Shown: positions 35,625 to 51,928, counted from the stretch's first letter. The stretch is DNA of 64,000 nucleotides from Escherichia coli (GCF_003334405.1 NZ_QOWM01000004.1); one strand, 5' to 3'. Notes: a model not told the origin generated them from the sequence alone. Translations and numbers: made by a program.

Positions 35625-37047
35625 TTTGCCCCGGCTGGCGAGCGCGGTGCTGCCACTGTGTTCGCAACATCCCGGTCAGTGTGGCCTTTTTCCTCTGGAG
35701 AAAAGTCTGGATGCGTTTGCCGCCCGGTATCGTCTGGCCGAAATGGCAGAGCATACGCTCGATGTTCAGTATTACATCTGGCAGGACGATATGTCGGGTC
35801 GGTTACTGTTTTCCGCCCTGTTAGCCGCAGCAAAGCGTGGCGTTCGCGTCCGTTTGTTGCTGGACGACAACAATACGCCCGGACTTGACGACATTTTACG
35901 CTTGCTTGACAGTCATCCACGCATTGAAGTCCGGCTTTTTAATCCTTTCTCGTTTCGCTTGCTGCGTCCGCTTGGTTATATCACCGACTTTTCCCGTCTT
36001 AATCGCCGTATGCACAATAAAAGTTTCACTGTCGATGGCGTGGTGACCCTGGTGGGAGGACGAAATATTGGTGATGCCTATTTTGGAGCAGGGGAGGAGC
36101 CACTTTTTTCGGATTTAGATGTCATGGCAATAGGACCCGTGGTAGAGGACGTTGCCGATGATTTCGCCCGCTACTGGTATTGCAAATCGGTTTCACCCTT
36201 ACAGCAGGTGCTGGATGTCCCGGAGGGTGAAATGGCGGATCGCATCGAGTTACCCGCCTCCTGGCATAACGATGCCATGACGCATCGTTATTTACGCAAA
36301 ATGGAATCCAGTCCATTTATAAATCATCTGGTTGATGGAACATTGCCGCTTATCTGGGCGAAGACACGTTTATTAAGTGATGATCCGGCGAAAGGGGAGG
36401 GCAAGGCAAAACGGCATTCACTGTTACCGCAGCGCCTGTTCGATATCATGGGCTCACCCAGTGAACGCATCGATATTATCTCTTCCTATTTTGTACCGAC
36501 ACGCGCAGGTGTGGCGCAACTCTTACGGATGGTGAGAAAAGGGGTAAAGATTGCGATCCTAACCAATTCTCTTGCCGCTAACGATGTTGCTGTCGTCCAT
36601 GCCGGATACGCGCGCTGGCGCAAAAAATTGCTCCGCTATGGCGTGGAATTATATGAACTCAAGCCGACGCGTGAACAAAGTAGTACGTTACACGATCGCG
36701 GCATAACCGGTAATTCCGGAGCCAGCCTGCATGCTAAAACCTTTAGCATCGATGGTAAAACGGTGTTTATCGGCTCTTTCAATTTCGATCCGCGTTCAAC
36801 ATTGCTCAATACTGAAATGGGCTTCGTGATAGAGAGCGAAACGCTGGCACAGTTAATTGATAAACGCTTTATTCAGAGCCAGTATGATGCGGCCTGGCAG
36901 CTCCGTCTGGACAGGTGGGGACGGATCAACTGGGTTGATCGTCATGCAAAGAAAGAGATTATTCTCAAAAAAGAACCCGCCACCAGTTTCTGGAAGCGGG
37001 TTATGGTCAGACTGGCGTCGATATTGCCCGTGGAATGGTTATTGTAA
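35617..37047 (+). CDS. clsC: ClsC, phospholipase-D-family cardiolipin synthase C
   Basis: ORF track 35557..37047; two HKD motifs (HNKSF..., HAKTFSIDG); start ambiguous (ATG at 35617 overlapping ymdB stop, or TTG at ~35626 giving 473 aa). Confidence 0.9.
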   Translation: MNDLPRLASAVLPLCSQHPGQCGLFPLEKSLDAFAARYRLAEMAEHTLDVQYYIWQDDMSGRLLFSALLAAAKRGVRVRLLLDDNNTPGLDDILRLLDSHPRIEVRLFNPFSFRLLRPLGYITDFSRLNRRMHNKSFTVDGVVTLVGGRNIGDAYFGAGEEPLFSDLDVMAIGPVVEDVADDFARYWYCKSVSPLQQVLDVPEGEMADRIELPASWHNDAMTHRYLRKMESSPFINHLVDGTLPLIWAKTRLLSDDPAKGEGKAKRHSLLPQRLFDIMGSPSERIDIISSYFVPTRAGVAQLLRMVRKGVKIAILTNSLAANDVAVVHAGYARWRKKLLRYGVELYELKPTREQSSTLHDRGITGNSGASLHAKTFSIDGKTVFIGSFNFDPRSTLLNTEMGFVIESETLAQLIDKRFIQSQYDAAWQLRLDRWGRINWVDRHAKKEIILKKEPATSFWKRVMVRLASILPVEWLL

Positions 37048-37054
37048 ATGTGGC

Positions 37055-38212
37055 TTAACGGGCTGGTGCTTTATCGTTCTCACGCTTAACAACCGGTTTA
37101 CCAGAGAACAAAAACTTCAGTAACGGGATGCGCAAATGAATTTCATACAGAATTATCGCAATCCCTACTACAAATATCAGGCCACAGAGAAAACCAAGCC
37201 AGTTGGAGGTGATGTGCGGTGTAATGTATGCGCCGAAAAACAGCGTTAACGGGTGGTGAACCAGATAGATAAACAGCGATGCGTTAACAAAATAAGTCAC
37301 CCGCGCTGACTGGAAGTTAAGCAAACGGTGGCCAAAGGAGAAGACCACATTCACCATCCACAGACCGAGGACCATGGTGATCACCGACTCGGTTTCGTAC
37401 ATCCAGGCATCGCCACTGCCATAGCGCTGGTTGAGTAAATAAGCGACAAACGCCAATGCTGCTGCAAGGGTACAGCCACGAGACGGCGTGGTAAACAAGG
37501 CTTTAAGATGAGGGAAAATGAAAGCCAGTGCGCCGAGGATAAAGAACGGCAAATAAAACAGCGTTTGCATGACAATAAAATTGAACATGCCATTACTCAG
37601 AATGGGCGGATACACAATAAAAATCGTTCTTCTTATTACCGCATAACCGATGCCGAGGCATAAAAAAATCACCGATAGTTTTACCATCGAGAATTTTTTA
37701 TTCGTTTTATCAGAATTTTCTAAATTATTTCTGATGCGCTTAAATATCCATACGCACAGCGTCGTCATGACCACTAACACCAGTAAAAACCACAGGTGTG
37801 ATATTAATTCCCAGGCCAACGTATTATATTTGTCATACAATGACAGCCCAGGCCAACTTTCCGCTTTTCCTTTGACATATTGCAGCATAATAAATTGCGG
37901 TAATGTCAGTAGGGGGATGGCTGTTAACATCGGGATACCTACACGTTCGACACGTACTTTCCACCATTTTTTCAAGGGATAGCGTAAAAAAAGCATGTAG
38001 GAAAAGTAGCCGGATATAACGAAAAATACCTGCATGCGGAACGAGTGGATGAAGTCATTAAAAAGGGTCAGCCACAATGATGATTCGGCGCTATTCACAT
38101 GCCATGTATGGCTCGAATAGATTAAAGAAATATGAAAAGGTATCCCTAACAACATCAGCCAGGCGCGGATGGAGTCGAGGAAATATTCACGTTGCGCGGG
38201 TACTGGGTTCAT
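37055..38212 (-). CDS. opgC: OpgC (MdoC), membrane acyltransferase succinylating osmoregulated periplasmic glucans
   Basis: ORF track 385 aa [27 protein letters not shown], acyltransferase-3 family. Confidence 0.94.
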   Translation of the reverse strand: MNPVPAQREYFLDSIRAWLMLLGIPFHISLIYSSHTWHVNSAESSLWLTLFNDFIHSFRMQVFFVISGYFSYMLFLRYPLKKWWKVRVERVGIPMLTAIPLLTLPQFIMLQYVKGKAESWPGLSLYDKYNTLAWELISHLWFLLVLVVMTTLCVWIFKRIRNNLENSDKTNKKFSMVKLSVIFLCLGIGYAVIRRTIFIVYPPILSNGMFNFIVMQTLFYLPFFILGALAFIFPHLKALFTTPSRGCTLAAALAFVAYLLNQRYGSGDAWMYETESVITMVLGLWMVNVVFSFGHRLLNFQSARVTYFVNASLFIYLVHHPLTLFFGAYITPHITSNWLGFLCGLIFVVGIAIILYEIHLRIPLLKFLFSGKPVVKRENDKAPAR

Positions 38213-38494
38213 ATATGGTTAACTAATCTCGGATTTTTCGTCTTATCCCTGTCGGGTTATGCCTTTAGGCTTGTTGCCATAGTGACACCGACCTGACCGC
38301 GCCAGGCGCAGGCTTCAAGGTTTTTATGCATAGCATCATCGCTACCACTAACCAGAATGGAAGCGTCTGTAAGACGGTTGATAAATAAATTTGCTGGCAA
38401 ACCCTACACGAAGTCGATGCTTCTGTCTTTAGGAGAAGCACGGAAAGTGAAAACGGTTGCAATCAGGTGCTTAATCCATGAGCCAGCGTGCTGA

Positions 38495-42677
<4,183 letters not shown>

Positions 42678-42685
42678 AAACGTAG

Positions 42686-42786
42686 TTGCCTGATGCGCTA
42701 CGCTTATCAGGCCTACATCGTTCCTGCAATTTATTGATTTTGCAAGACTTTGTGGGTCGGATAAGGCGTTCACGCCGCATCCGGCA
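42686..42786. repeat. REP elements (two units) downstream of opgH
   Basis: gcctgatgcgctacgcttatcaggcctaca and ggtcggataaggcgttcacgccgcatccggcaa. Confidence 0.75.
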
Positions 42787-42804
42787 AAAACAACGAGCCA
42801 ATAA

Positions 42805-42836
42805 AAATACCGGCGTTATGCCGGTATTTTTTTACG
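42805..42836 (+). terminator. Rho-independent terminator-like hairpin between opgH and yceK
   Basis: accggcgttatgccggt hairpin followed by attttttt. Confidence 0.65.
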
Positions 42837-42849
42837 AAAGAGGTATCAA

Positions 42850-43077
42850 ATGCGTTTAATTGTGGTGAGCATCATGGTGACCTTGCTGAGTGGCTGTGGC
42901 AGCATTATTAGTCGCACTATACCGGGGCAGGGGCATGGCAACCAATATTATCCCGGTGTGCAATGGGATGTGCGTGACTCCGCCTGGCGTTATGTCACGA
43001 TCCTTGATCTGCCATTCTCTCTGGTTTTTGATACTTTACTGCTGCCGATCGACATTCATCATGGCCCGTATGAGTGA
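42850..43077 (+). CDS. yceK: YceK, small outer-membrane lipoprotein (DUF1375)
   Basis: ORF track 75 aa MRLIVVSIMVTLLSGCGSIISRT (lipobox LSGC). Confidence 0.9.
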   Translation: MRLIVVSIMVTLLSGCGSIISRTIPGQGHGNQYYPGVQWDVRDSAWRYVTILDLPFSLVFDTLLLPIDIHHGPYE

Positions 43078-43452
43078 TTAACGTTCATCCCACTCATCAG
43101 CTGCTGCGCGTCCTTCCTCGGTATCCAGCGGTGGCTCAAGCTGAAATTCCCCCTCGTCCCATTCATGTAATGTATTCTCTTCCTGCCACTCCTGGCGTAT
43201 CTCTATCTCATCATAGTCGCCATCAAAAACACTTTGCGCGGCTTCACCGCTAAGCATAGGTAAACATTCACCTTCTTCCCCTTCGTCGGCAAAAAACTCA
43301 ACTTGCCACATGATGTCGCCGTCCTGCAAAACGTATTTTTGGGCATTGAACTGTTGCACATTCGCATCTTCGGCGTCGATGCCGGGGTTGTCTGCAAGAA
43401 ATTCTTCGCGTGCAGCGTCAATGGCTTCTTCAAGCGTTGCGTACATGGTCAT
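43078..43452 (-). CDS. msyB: MsyB, acidic protein (multicopy suppressor of secY)
   Basis: ORF track 43078..43455; ATG gives MTMYATLEEAIDAAREEFLADNPG (124 aa, highly acidic). Confidence 0.93.
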   Translation of the reverse strand: MTMYATLEEAIDAAREEFLADNPGIDAEDANVQQFNAQKYVLQDGDIMWQVEFFADEGEEGECLPMLSGEAAQSVFDGDYDEIEIRQEWQEENTLHEWDEGEFQLEPPLDTEEGRAAADEWDER

Positions 43453-43534
43453 CACGATTCTCCCTTTGAGTTGATGAGGTTTCAGGGAAAAGGATAGCTG
43501 ATTCTCCGCTTTTGCAAGTATGAAAGGCGAAAAA

Positions 43535-44761
43535 TCAGTTCGATACCTGGGGTATTCGACGACGACGTAGACTGTTCCATGAATAGACTGCGTTGAATAA
43601 CACTACGCCAGCGGTGACGAGAAATACCGCTCTGAAACCGTAGTTCGCTGAAATCGCTGCTCCCATCAATGGTCCGGTAACGTTGCCAATATCACGAAAC
43701 GATTGGTTATAGCTGAAGATACGCCCGGCGATCTGGTTGCTCGAGTTGTAAACCAACAGTGTCTGTACGGCGGGGAGTAGTGCACCATCGGCGGCACCGA
43801 GCAAAAAACGTAAAATCCCAAGTTGCAATGGCGTCTGAACGTAAGACATTGGGATCAACAGCAGTACAGAAAAGATCAGCGCTGTAATCAGGATCTTTTC
43901 GGGTCCGATACGATCGCCAAGTTTGCCGAGTCGTGGTGCACTTAGCAGAGCCGCCACGCCTGGCACCGAGGCGATCATGCCACTGATAAAGGCGACGTTA
44001 CTGACGTTACCCGCCAGTTCGCGGACATACAGCGTCAGAATGGGGGCAATTGAGCCCGTCGCCACCTGGATGATTAACGTAGTGACAAACAGGCTGAGTA
44101 CCAGTTTCGGGTTTTTAAGTGATGTCACCACTTCCCGCATGTGCAGCATCTCTTTTTTGCTGACCGGCTGGAATTTTTCTCTGATGCAAAACAGGGTGAC
44201 GAAAAAGCAGAGTATGAGCACACTGGCGGTAATAAAGAATACCGGACGTAAGCCGTAGCTATCGGCGAGCAGGCCGCCAGCCATTGGGCCGAGCAACGCA
44301 CCACTAACGCCGCCTGTGGAGAGCGTACCCAGCGCCCAGCCGCTTTTATTACGCGGTACTTGTGTGGCGATAAGAGCATTAGCGTTGGGGACAAATCCGC
44401 CAAGTAACCCAAGAAGCGCCCGCAGGATCAAAAACTGCCAGATATTTTGTGCCAGCCCCATCAACACCATCACGATGCCCATGCCGAGGGCAGAGCGTAA
44501 TAGCATGAGTTTTCGGCCTTTACGGTCGGCGAGTCCACCCCAAAACGGTGAGGCGATGGCCGAAAATAAAAATGTAATGCTGAAGACAATACCGGACCAC
44601 ATATTCAGGGCGGAGTGACCGGTAACGCCAAGCTGCTCAACGTAGAGGGGTAAGAAGGGCATTACCAGACTGAAGGCGGCACCGGTAAGAAAACAGCCTA
44701 GCCAGGCGACGATCAGGTTTCGTTTCCAGTTTATAGGGGTGTCATTTTCACAGGGTGACAT
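43535..44761 (-). CDS. mdtG: MdtG, MFS multidrug efflux transporter
   Basis: ORF track 408 aa [41 protein letters not shown]. Confidence 0.95.
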
Positions 44762-44895
44762 AGCAATCCGCTGTTGGTGCGCCAGGCGCGGTGAACATAA
44801 GAAGAAAAGATAAGCACACTAATTATGCGCCCGACTTCCAGGGGGCGCAATCCAGAGAGCTTTTATCGCTAAATCAGGGGGATTTGCTGTGGTAA

Positions 44896-44924
44896 TGCCG
44901 GATGCCATTCTGAAGCATCCGGCA
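44896..44924. repeat. REP-like palindrome downstream of lpxL
   Basis: gccggatgccattctgaagcatccggc perfect inverted repeat. Confidence 0.65.
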
Positions 44925-44932
44925 TGGGAGAT

Positions 44933-45853
44933 TTAATAGCGTGAAGGAACGCCTTCCGGGCGTGTTTTAAAGCGACGGTGTAACCACATATACTGCTCTG
45001 GTGCCATCATGATGCATTTTTCGACCACTTTGTTCATCCACGCGGCGGTAGTTTCGGCATCATCCAGTGGCGGAGAACACTCTGGCGGCAGCATAATCAA
45101 TTGATACCCTTTGCCATCTGGCTTACGGCGTGGAACGAAGGGCACCAGACATGCGCCGGACATCCGTGCCAGCATCCAGGTTCCGGTCGTGGTCGCAGCC
45201 TGCTCAACGGCAAACAACGGGACGAAAACGCTTGAGCGCGGGCCGTAATCATGATCCGGTGCGTACCAGACCACTTCGCCTTTTTTCAGGGCTTTAATCA
45301 TGCCTTTTAAATCTTTGCGGTCGAGCATCGATTTATTTGAGCGCAAACGGCCCCAGGTTTGTAGCCAGTCAATCAGTGGATTATCGTTCGGGCGATAAAC
45401 GCCAATACCCGGTTCCTGCATACCAAACTGCCGCGCACCCAGCTCCAGTGTCAGAAAATGGATGCCAACTAACAGGATGCCGCGTTTTTGCGCCTGCACG
45501 TCACGAATGTGTTCCATGCCGATCACTTCCGTCCAGCGGGCGATTCGGCGGTCCGGCCAGAACCACGCCATGCCGGTTTCCATCAGGCCCATGCCAACGG
45601 ATTCGAAATTCTTCACCACCATTTTACGGCGTTCTTGTTCGCTCATTTCCGGGAAGCACAGTTCCAGGTTGCGATGCACAATTTTTGCGCGTCGTTTCAT
45701 AAAACGTAACGCCAGTTTTCCTAATCCACAACCGAGGCGGTAGATAACCGGGTAGGGCAATTGCACGACTAACCAAAGTACGCCAATACCCAACCAGGTT
45801 AACCAATAACGCGGATGAAGCAGTGCGGTGGAGAACTTGGGTAGATTCGTCAT
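44933..45853 (-). CDS. lpxL: LpxL (HtrB), lipid A lauroyl acyltransferase
   Basis: ORF track 44933..45916; start trimmed to [24 protein letters not shown] (306 aa). Confidence 0.95.
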
Positions 45854-46077
45854 ATCAATCCTGTTTTTCAACCTATTCGGGCAATTGTATGTATTGTCGC
45901 ATTTTTTCGCCCGCAACCAAAATTTGTGGCTGAAGACTGGGCGAAATTGCCGCGCTTGTAAATAACAAATAATTTTTAATGCGCAAATGTAGCGTAAAAT
46001 GTGTGGATGTTAATTATCGATAATTGCTATATCATGCCGCGGATTTTTACTTTCCCATCTCGCAGGAACCGTACACC

Positions 46078-47130
46078 ATGCCAGTGTTACACAACCGCAT
46101 TTCCAACGACGCGCTAAAAGCCAAAATGTTGGCTGAGAGCGAACCGCGAACCACCATTTCGTTTTACAAGTATTTCCACATCGCCGATCCTAAGGCGACC
46201 CGTGACGCTTTATATCAGCTGTTTACCGCGCTGAATGTTTTTGGGCGAGTGTATCTGGCGCATGAGGGCATTAACGCGCAAATCAGCGTACCTGCGAGCA
46301 ATGTTGAAACATTTCGCGCGCAGCTCTATGCCTTCGACCCGGCTTTAGAGGGTTTACGCCTGAATATCGCGTTGGATGATGACGGGAAATCCTTCTGGGT
46401 ACTGCGCATGAAGGTACGCGATCGCATTGTTGCCGACGGTATTGACGATCCTCACTTTGATGCCAGCAATGTTGGTGAGTATCTGCAAGCGGCGGAAGTG
46501 AACGCCATGCTTGACGATCCCGATGCACTATTTATCGACATGCGTAACCACTATGAGTATGAAGTGGGGCACTTTGAAAACGCGCTCGAAATTCCGGCAG
46601 ATACCTTCCGTGAGCAGCTGCCAAAAGCAGTCGAGATGATGCAGGCACATAAAGATAAAAAAATCGTCATGTACTGCACCGGCGGCATTCGTTGTGAAAA
46701 GGCCAGTGCCTGGATGAAACATAACGGATTCAACAAAGTCTGGCATATCGAGGGCGGAATTATTGAATACGCCCGTAAGGCGCGCGAGCAGGGCTTGCCG
46801 GTGCGTTTTATTGGCAAAAATTTTGTTTTTGACGAGCGGATGGGCGAACGTATATCGGATGAGATTATCGCGCATTGCCACCAGTGCGGCGCGCCGTGCG
46901 ACAGCCATACCAACTGTAAAAATGATGGCTGCCACCTGCTGTTTATTCAGTGTCCAGTATGCGCGGAAAAATACAAAGGTTGTTGTAGTGAGATTTGCTG
47001 CGAAGAAAGCGCGTTACCGCCAGAAGAACAGCGACGCCGTCGGGCAGGACGTGAAAATGGCAATAAGATCTTTAATAAGTCTCGTGGACGTCTGAATACA
47101 ACACTGTGCATTCCTGATCCAACAGAATAA
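46078..47130 (+). CDS. trhO: TrhO (YceA), rhodanese-domain tRNA U34 hydroxylase
   Basis: ORF track 46024..47130; start trimmed to [23 protein letters not shown] (350 aa); rhodanese CTGGIRC motif. Confidence 0.93.
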
Positions 47131-47136
47131 ATATCA

Positions 47137-47161
47137 TTGCCGGATGCGTGCCATCCGGCAA
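47137..47161. terminator. Hairpin between convergent trhO and yceI (bidirectional terminator-like)
   Basis: ttgccggatg-cgtg-ccatccggcaa palindrome. Confidence 0.5.
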
Positions 47162-47171
47162 CATTTCACGC

Positions 47172-47747
47172 TTACTTCTGCTGTACGCCTTCCACTGAAA
47201 TAATCAGATCCACTTCCTGAGAAGCTGGACCTAAATCTGTCTTGATATTGAAGTCCTTGAGCTTAATTTTGCCTTCGGCCTCGAAGCCTGCACGTTTACC
47301 ACCCCATGGGTCGTCGCCCTGACCAATTAATTTCGCTTCCAGCGTGACGGGTTTGGTTACGCCATTCAGCGTCAGATCGCCGGTAATATCCAGTTCGTCA
47401 CCGTCTTTCTTCACGCTGGTGGAGGTGAATGTTGCCTGTGGATATTTTGCGGTATTGAGGAAATCTGCACTGCGAAGATGTTTATCGCGTTCGGCGTGAT
47501 TAGTATCGACGCTGGTGGTGTTAATTGTCACATTCACTTTATCGGCAGCCGGATTTTTTTCGTCAAAGGTAAAAGTACCGTCGAAATCTTTAAAGGTGCC
47601 GTATAACCAGCTATAGCCAAGGTGCTGGATGCGGAAATTAACAAAGGTGTGCTGACCTTCTTTGTCAATTTTGTAATCGGCGGCAACCGCTGAACCGGCA
47701 GAGAACATCAGGGACGCGAAGGTTAAACCAAGCAGGCTTTTTTTCAT
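47172..47747 (-). CDS. yceI: YceI, periplasmic polyisoprenoid-binding protein (YceI family)
   Basis: ORF track 191 aa [38 protein letters not shown]. Confidence 0.95.
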   Translation of the reverse strand: MKKSLLGLTFASLMFSAGSAVAADYKIDKEGQHTFVNFRIQHLGYSWLYGTFKDFDGTFTFDEKNPAADKVNVTINTTSVDTNHAERDKHLRSADFLNTAKYPQATFTSTSVKKDGDELDITGDLTLNGVTKPVTLEAKLIGQGDDPWGGKRAGFEAEGKIKLKDFNIKTDLGPASQEVDLIISVEGVQQK

Positions 47748-47750
47748 TTT

Positions 47751-48317
47751 TTATACTCCATAGTCAGATGACGACTTTCCCAGCATGCGCTTCAGAGTGT
47801 CGTCTTTATCGATGAAATGATGCTTCAGGGCCATAAATCCGTGCATAACGGACAGTACTACGACGCTCCACGCGAGCCAAAAATGCAGGGCACCGGCAAA
47901 GTCTGCCTGTGCGCCAGCGTCGGCAAGGGTCGCGGGGACGTCAAACCAGCCAAAAACGCTGATCGGTTTACCATCGGCAGTTGAGATCAGATAGCCGCTG
48001 ATGCCGATGGCGAAAAGCAATAGGTACAATGCGAGATGTCCAGCTCTTGCGGCAAGACGAGTCATGGGCGAATAACTCGGCAGCGGACCCGGCGGTGGAG
48101 ATATGACACGCCACAGAACGCGAATAACCAGCCCCATCATTAACAAAATACCGATGCTTTTATGCAGTTCGGGTGCTTTGTGATACCAGCCATCGTAATA
48201 ACTGAGCGTGACCATCCACAGACCTAAAGCAAACATGCCGTAGACAATAATTGCGCTTAGCCAATGGAAGGCCGCAGATATAACACCATAGCGTTCAGGG
48301 GTATTTGTGAATGACAT
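47751..48317 (-). CDS. yceJ: YceJ, cytochrome b561 family membrane protein
   Basis: ORF track 47751..48392; start trimmed to MSFTNTPERYGVISAAFHWLSAIIVYG (188 aa). Confidence 0.92.
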   Translation of the reverse strand: MSFTNTPERYGVISAAFHWLSAIIVYGMFALGLWMVTLSYYDGWYHKAPELHKSIGILLMMGLVIRVLWRVISPPPGPLPSYSPMTRLAARAGHLALYLLLFAIGISGYLISTADGKPISVFGWFDVPATLADAGAQADFAGALHFWLAWSVVVLSVMHGFMALKHHFIDKDDTLKRMLGKSSSDYGV

Positions 48318-48577
48318 AAGTGCATCCAAAACGAATTTGCGAGAGAAAGAAAATGGCGTGTCGGAGAATGAATTGCAACACAAAAATAACAAATTGAATG
48401 ATATTTATTTTTATTTCAATAATTTTGAATTAATAATGAAAGAATCTTCATAAGTTTAGTGGGTTCAGCATCAGAGATGTCTGGTGAGTGCTGTAGAAGC
48501 AGGAATAATCTCATTCAATTTTTCACGCTAAATGAAAGGGAGATTAAATATTTGTCAGTTTATGTCAGTGCGGAAAA

Positions 48578-48718
48578 CTAAAAATAAAACACATAGATCA
48601 GATCCATAATTGCCAACAATCCCCAGAGAAAAAGATAAAGCATCAGATGCTCGCGAATATTATTGATGAGATAGTGCAACAGCCGACGCATTAAATACTC
48701 CTGTAAAAACGGCCTCAT
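48578..48718 (-). CDS. yceO: YceO, 46-aa hydrophobic small protein (below the 60-aa ORF-track cutoff)
   Basis: Manual reverse-strand translation [46 protein letters not shown]; 20 nt downstream of solA stop on same strand. Confidence 0.75.
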
Positions 48719-48738
48719 TCTGGAGGCCGTAATGATGA

Positions 48739-49857
48739 TTATTGGAAGCGGGAAAGCCTGAATGGCGTCAAATCAAAATCGCTTTTTTTGTCTTGCGCAA
48801 AATCGGCAGCTATTTCCCCTAAAACTGACGCAAATTTAAAACCGTGCCCACTCAGGCCGGTAATGAGCAGTGTATTATCGTGGCCGGGTAGGGTATCGAT
48901 AATAAAATCTTCGTCAGGCGAATTATCATAGGTGCAGGCAGCGCCGTACAGGCAGCAACCGATACCCGGCAATACATTGCGCAAGAACGGGAAGGCTTCT
49001 GACCCATCACTGGCCACTTCGGCAAACGGAACTCGTTCATCCGCTGAATGGATAACCTGGCCTCCGTTATGTTTGCCAATCTTCAACGCGTCGTTTTCTG
49101 CCGGAAAACCATAATATTGATCGCCATTGGGCAGTTCACCGGTAAACGCCGGGAATTTATTCTTCACGCTATAGCGGCCATCGGCCTGATACCAGGCAAA
49201 TACTTTGCGTACGGGCTGGACAGGCAGCTCCGGGAGCAGGTCTTTTACCCATGTTCCCGCGCAGACAATCGCTTTTTTCGCCTGATACTCACCGTCAGCC
49301 GTTTCAATAGTTACGCCATCATCGTCATGACGAATTGCGGTGACCGGGCAGTTGAACAGTTGCGCACAGCCCGCTTCCTTCGCCAGTTGGATCCAGGTTT
49401 TAATCGCCAGTTCGCTGCGCAAAAAACCGGAATCAGTTTCAAATAAGCCGATGTAGTTGTCCGGGACGCGTATTTCCGGCCAGCGGGCCATAATCCCTTG
49501 CGCATCGAGCTTTTCAACGTTGAGTTGCCATTGTTCGGCGCTGTGGGCGACGTTGGCGAGAAATGTGGAATCAGCCGGGCCAAGGTTAATGACGCCAGAG
49601 CGTACAAAAATGGGATCTTCTTCGTTGTGGCGGGAGAGTTCATCCCACAGCGTTTGCGCGCGGAGGACCAGCGGGACATACTTTTCGCCTTCACCATAAG
49701 CATGGCGAATTAATCGCGTATCGCCGTGGTGGCTGCCGTGTTGATGCGGTGGCATATGGGCGTCGGTCATTAGCACGTTTAAACCGGCGCGGGTTGCATA
49801 ATACCCGGCGGCAGCGCCTACGGAACCGCTGCCAATAATGATGAGATCGTATTTCAT
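48739..49857 (-). CDS. solA: SolA, FAD-dependent N-methyl-L-tryptophan oxidase
   Basis: ORF track 372 aa [34 protein letters not shown] (FAD-binding GxGxxG). Confidence 0.96.
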
Positions 49858-49971
49858 TTTTTTCTCTCTGCTCTCATGGTTTAAGCAGAGTAATTAACTG
49901 AATGCAGATATACAACCCAGAAATGGTAAAGGCACCGGTGAGGTGCCTTTTGGGTGGATGGTCATGTCATG

Positions 49972-50226
49972 TTAATGACGCCGATACTCGTTTACCTGGA
50001 AATCACCGGATTCAATTTTGGCGATTCCTGCTTCTAATATCGAAATAAATTGTCTGGCAACATCAGTGGTTAACCAGAGCGTCTGACCAACTTCAGTCCC
50101 TTCCTGCTCGGACTTATTTGGGGTCTGGTAGTGCAAACGCAACATCAGCGCATCATAGCTATCAACGGTGCTGATGTCCCACCCTACGAGCGGATGAGTC
50201 TGAATGACTTCATTATTTTTTTCCAT
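49972..50226 (-). CDS. bssS: BssS, biofilm regulator
   Basis: ORF track 49972..50229; ATG gives MEKNNEVIQTHPLVGWDISTVDSYDAL (84 aa). Confidence 0.93.
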   Translation of the reverse strand: MEKNNEVIQTHPLVGWDISTVDSYDALMLRLHYQTPNKSEQEGTEVGQTLWLTTDVARQFISILEAGIAKIESGDFQVNEYRRH

Positions 50227-50474
50227 CATGGCCCCCTAATTCGTGTTACTAGACAACGTTATTCGAGGTTCAATGCGTTTTTATCTGAAGCAACTTCAGT
50301 ATACCAATAAGTAAGGGTATTCACCGAATTTTTAAAGGGGGAAACAGATAAATTTCTGCTTTTAAGATTTATATGAACAATAAAACAGCATGTCATTCAT
50401 ATTTTTTTAGCATATTGTGCAATTATTTTGAGGAAGTGTAGAAATTTTGTACTCAAAATTCGTAAGTAAAATAA

Positions 50475-50505
50475 AAAAGCCGGGGCGACCCGGCAAAAAA
50501 AAATC
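50475..50505 (-). terminator. Bidirectional-type terminator after dinI (hairpin flanked by A/T runs)
   Basis: aaaaaagccggggcgacccggcaaaaaaaaa immediately downstream of dinI stop. Confidence 0.7.
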
Positions 50506-50513
50506 ACTGCATA

Positions 50514-50759
50514 TTATTCGCTGACAAACCAGTCATCGGCGCTTTCCCACGTTTCCTGGAGAATTTCACTAATGCGCTGTTTATCTTCTTTTGTCGCGCC
50601 AATAACCGATAAATTATTCGCTGCGGCATAACGTACCGATACGTGGCCTTCATTATCAGGAAACGCATACTGAATACGGCGGGAAAGTTCGCCAGCCAGG
50701 GCGTCAATAGCCCCAGCTGGCAATGGAGAAGTTTTCGCTATGGTGACTTCAATTCGCAT
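50514..50759 (-). CDS. dinI: DinI, DNA-damage-inducible SOS modulator (RecA filament regulator)
   Basis: ORF track 50514..50891; start trimmed to MRIEVTIAKTSPLPAGAIDALAGEL (81 aa) preceded by AGGGGG SD. Confidence 0.94.
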   Translation of the reverse strand: MRIEVTIAKTSPLPAGAIDALAGELSRRIQYAFPDNEGHVSVRYAAANNLSVIGATKEDKQRISEILQETWESADDWFVSE

Positions 50760-50778
50760 AATAGCCCCCTGTTGAATA

Positions 50779-50798
50779 TACTGGTTATTTATACAGGT
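50779..50798 (-). promoter_or_regulatory. LexA (SOS) box in dinI promoter
   Basis: Reverse strand aCCTGTATAAATAACCAGta fits CTG-N10-CAG LexA consensus, ~25-40 nt upstream of dinI ATG. Confidence 0.8.
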
Positions 50799-50832
50799 AA
50801 AATAACCTAATGACAACAGGAAGCTACGATTT

Positions 50833-51879
50833 TTATTGTTTAACGGACCAGCGTACCGTTTCCCCGGCGAGGAATGGCACCAGCGTGTCATCAGTCAGTG
50901 CGATGCTTTCAGCAACCTGTTGCTCTTCACGTACCAGTTCGATGAATGTGTCGTTGACCGGCAACCCATAGAACTGCGGGCCGTTTACAGAACAGAATGC
51001 TTCAAAGTGCTGCAAAGCATTCATTTCTTCAAAGACGGTAGCGTAACTGCCCAGCGCGGTTGGGGCGTTGAAGCAGCCCGCGCAGCCGCAACTGCTCTCT
51101 TTGCGATGACGTGCATGTGGCGCAGAATCCGTACCGAGGAATACTCGATTAAAACCGCTGGCGACCAGTTCACGCAATGCCTGTTGGTGAATATTACGTT
51201 TGAGGATGGGTAGACAATACAGGTGCGGACGCACGCCTCCAACCAGCATATGGTTGCGGTTAAACATCAGATGCTGCGGAGTGATGGTGGCAGCCAGCCG
51301 TTCATTTCCGTCACGGACATAGTCGGCAGCATCTTTGGTGGTGATGTGCTCAAAAACGACTTTCAGCGCAGTCAGGCGCTGGCGCAGAGGTTCCATCACG
51401 CTTTCTATAAAGCGCGCTTCACGATCAAAAATGTCGATATCTGCATGTGTCACTTCACCATGCACCAGTAGCGGCATACCGATTTTTTCCATGCGCTCAA
51501 GTACCGGCATGATTGCGTCAATTGACGTCACGCCGTGGCTGGAGTTAGTGGTTGCGTTTGCCGGGTAAAGTTTTGCAGCGGTGAACACGCCTTCGTTAAA
51601 TCCGCGCTCCAGCTCATTAGGATCCAGCGAATCTGTTAAATAACAGGTCATCAATGGGGTGAAATCGTGCCCGGCAGGTACGGCGTCAAGAATACGCTGG
51701 CGATACGCCACGGCAGCCTCAACGGTGGTCACGGGCGGAGCCAGATTGGGCATTACGATAGCCCGTCCATAAATTTCGCTGGTATATGGCACGACAGTTT
51801 TTAACATGTCGCCATCGCGGAGGTGAAGGTGCCAGTCGTCTGGGCGGCGGATCTTTAATACCTGGGATGGTGCAGTCAT
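50833..51879 (-). CDS. pyrC: PyrC, dihydroorotase
   Basis: ORF track 348 aa [46 protein letters not shown]. Confidence 0.97.
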
Positions 51880-51928
51880 TAATCTCTATGCTCCGGCTGA
51901 AGGGATGTTTTTGCCGGACACAAAGGAT

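Noticed and set aside
50514-50891. 125-aa ORF-track version of dinI overlapping the end of pyrC
   Set aside because: The extension runs through the LexA box and into pyrC; the true start is the MRIEV codon at 50759 with a proper SD.
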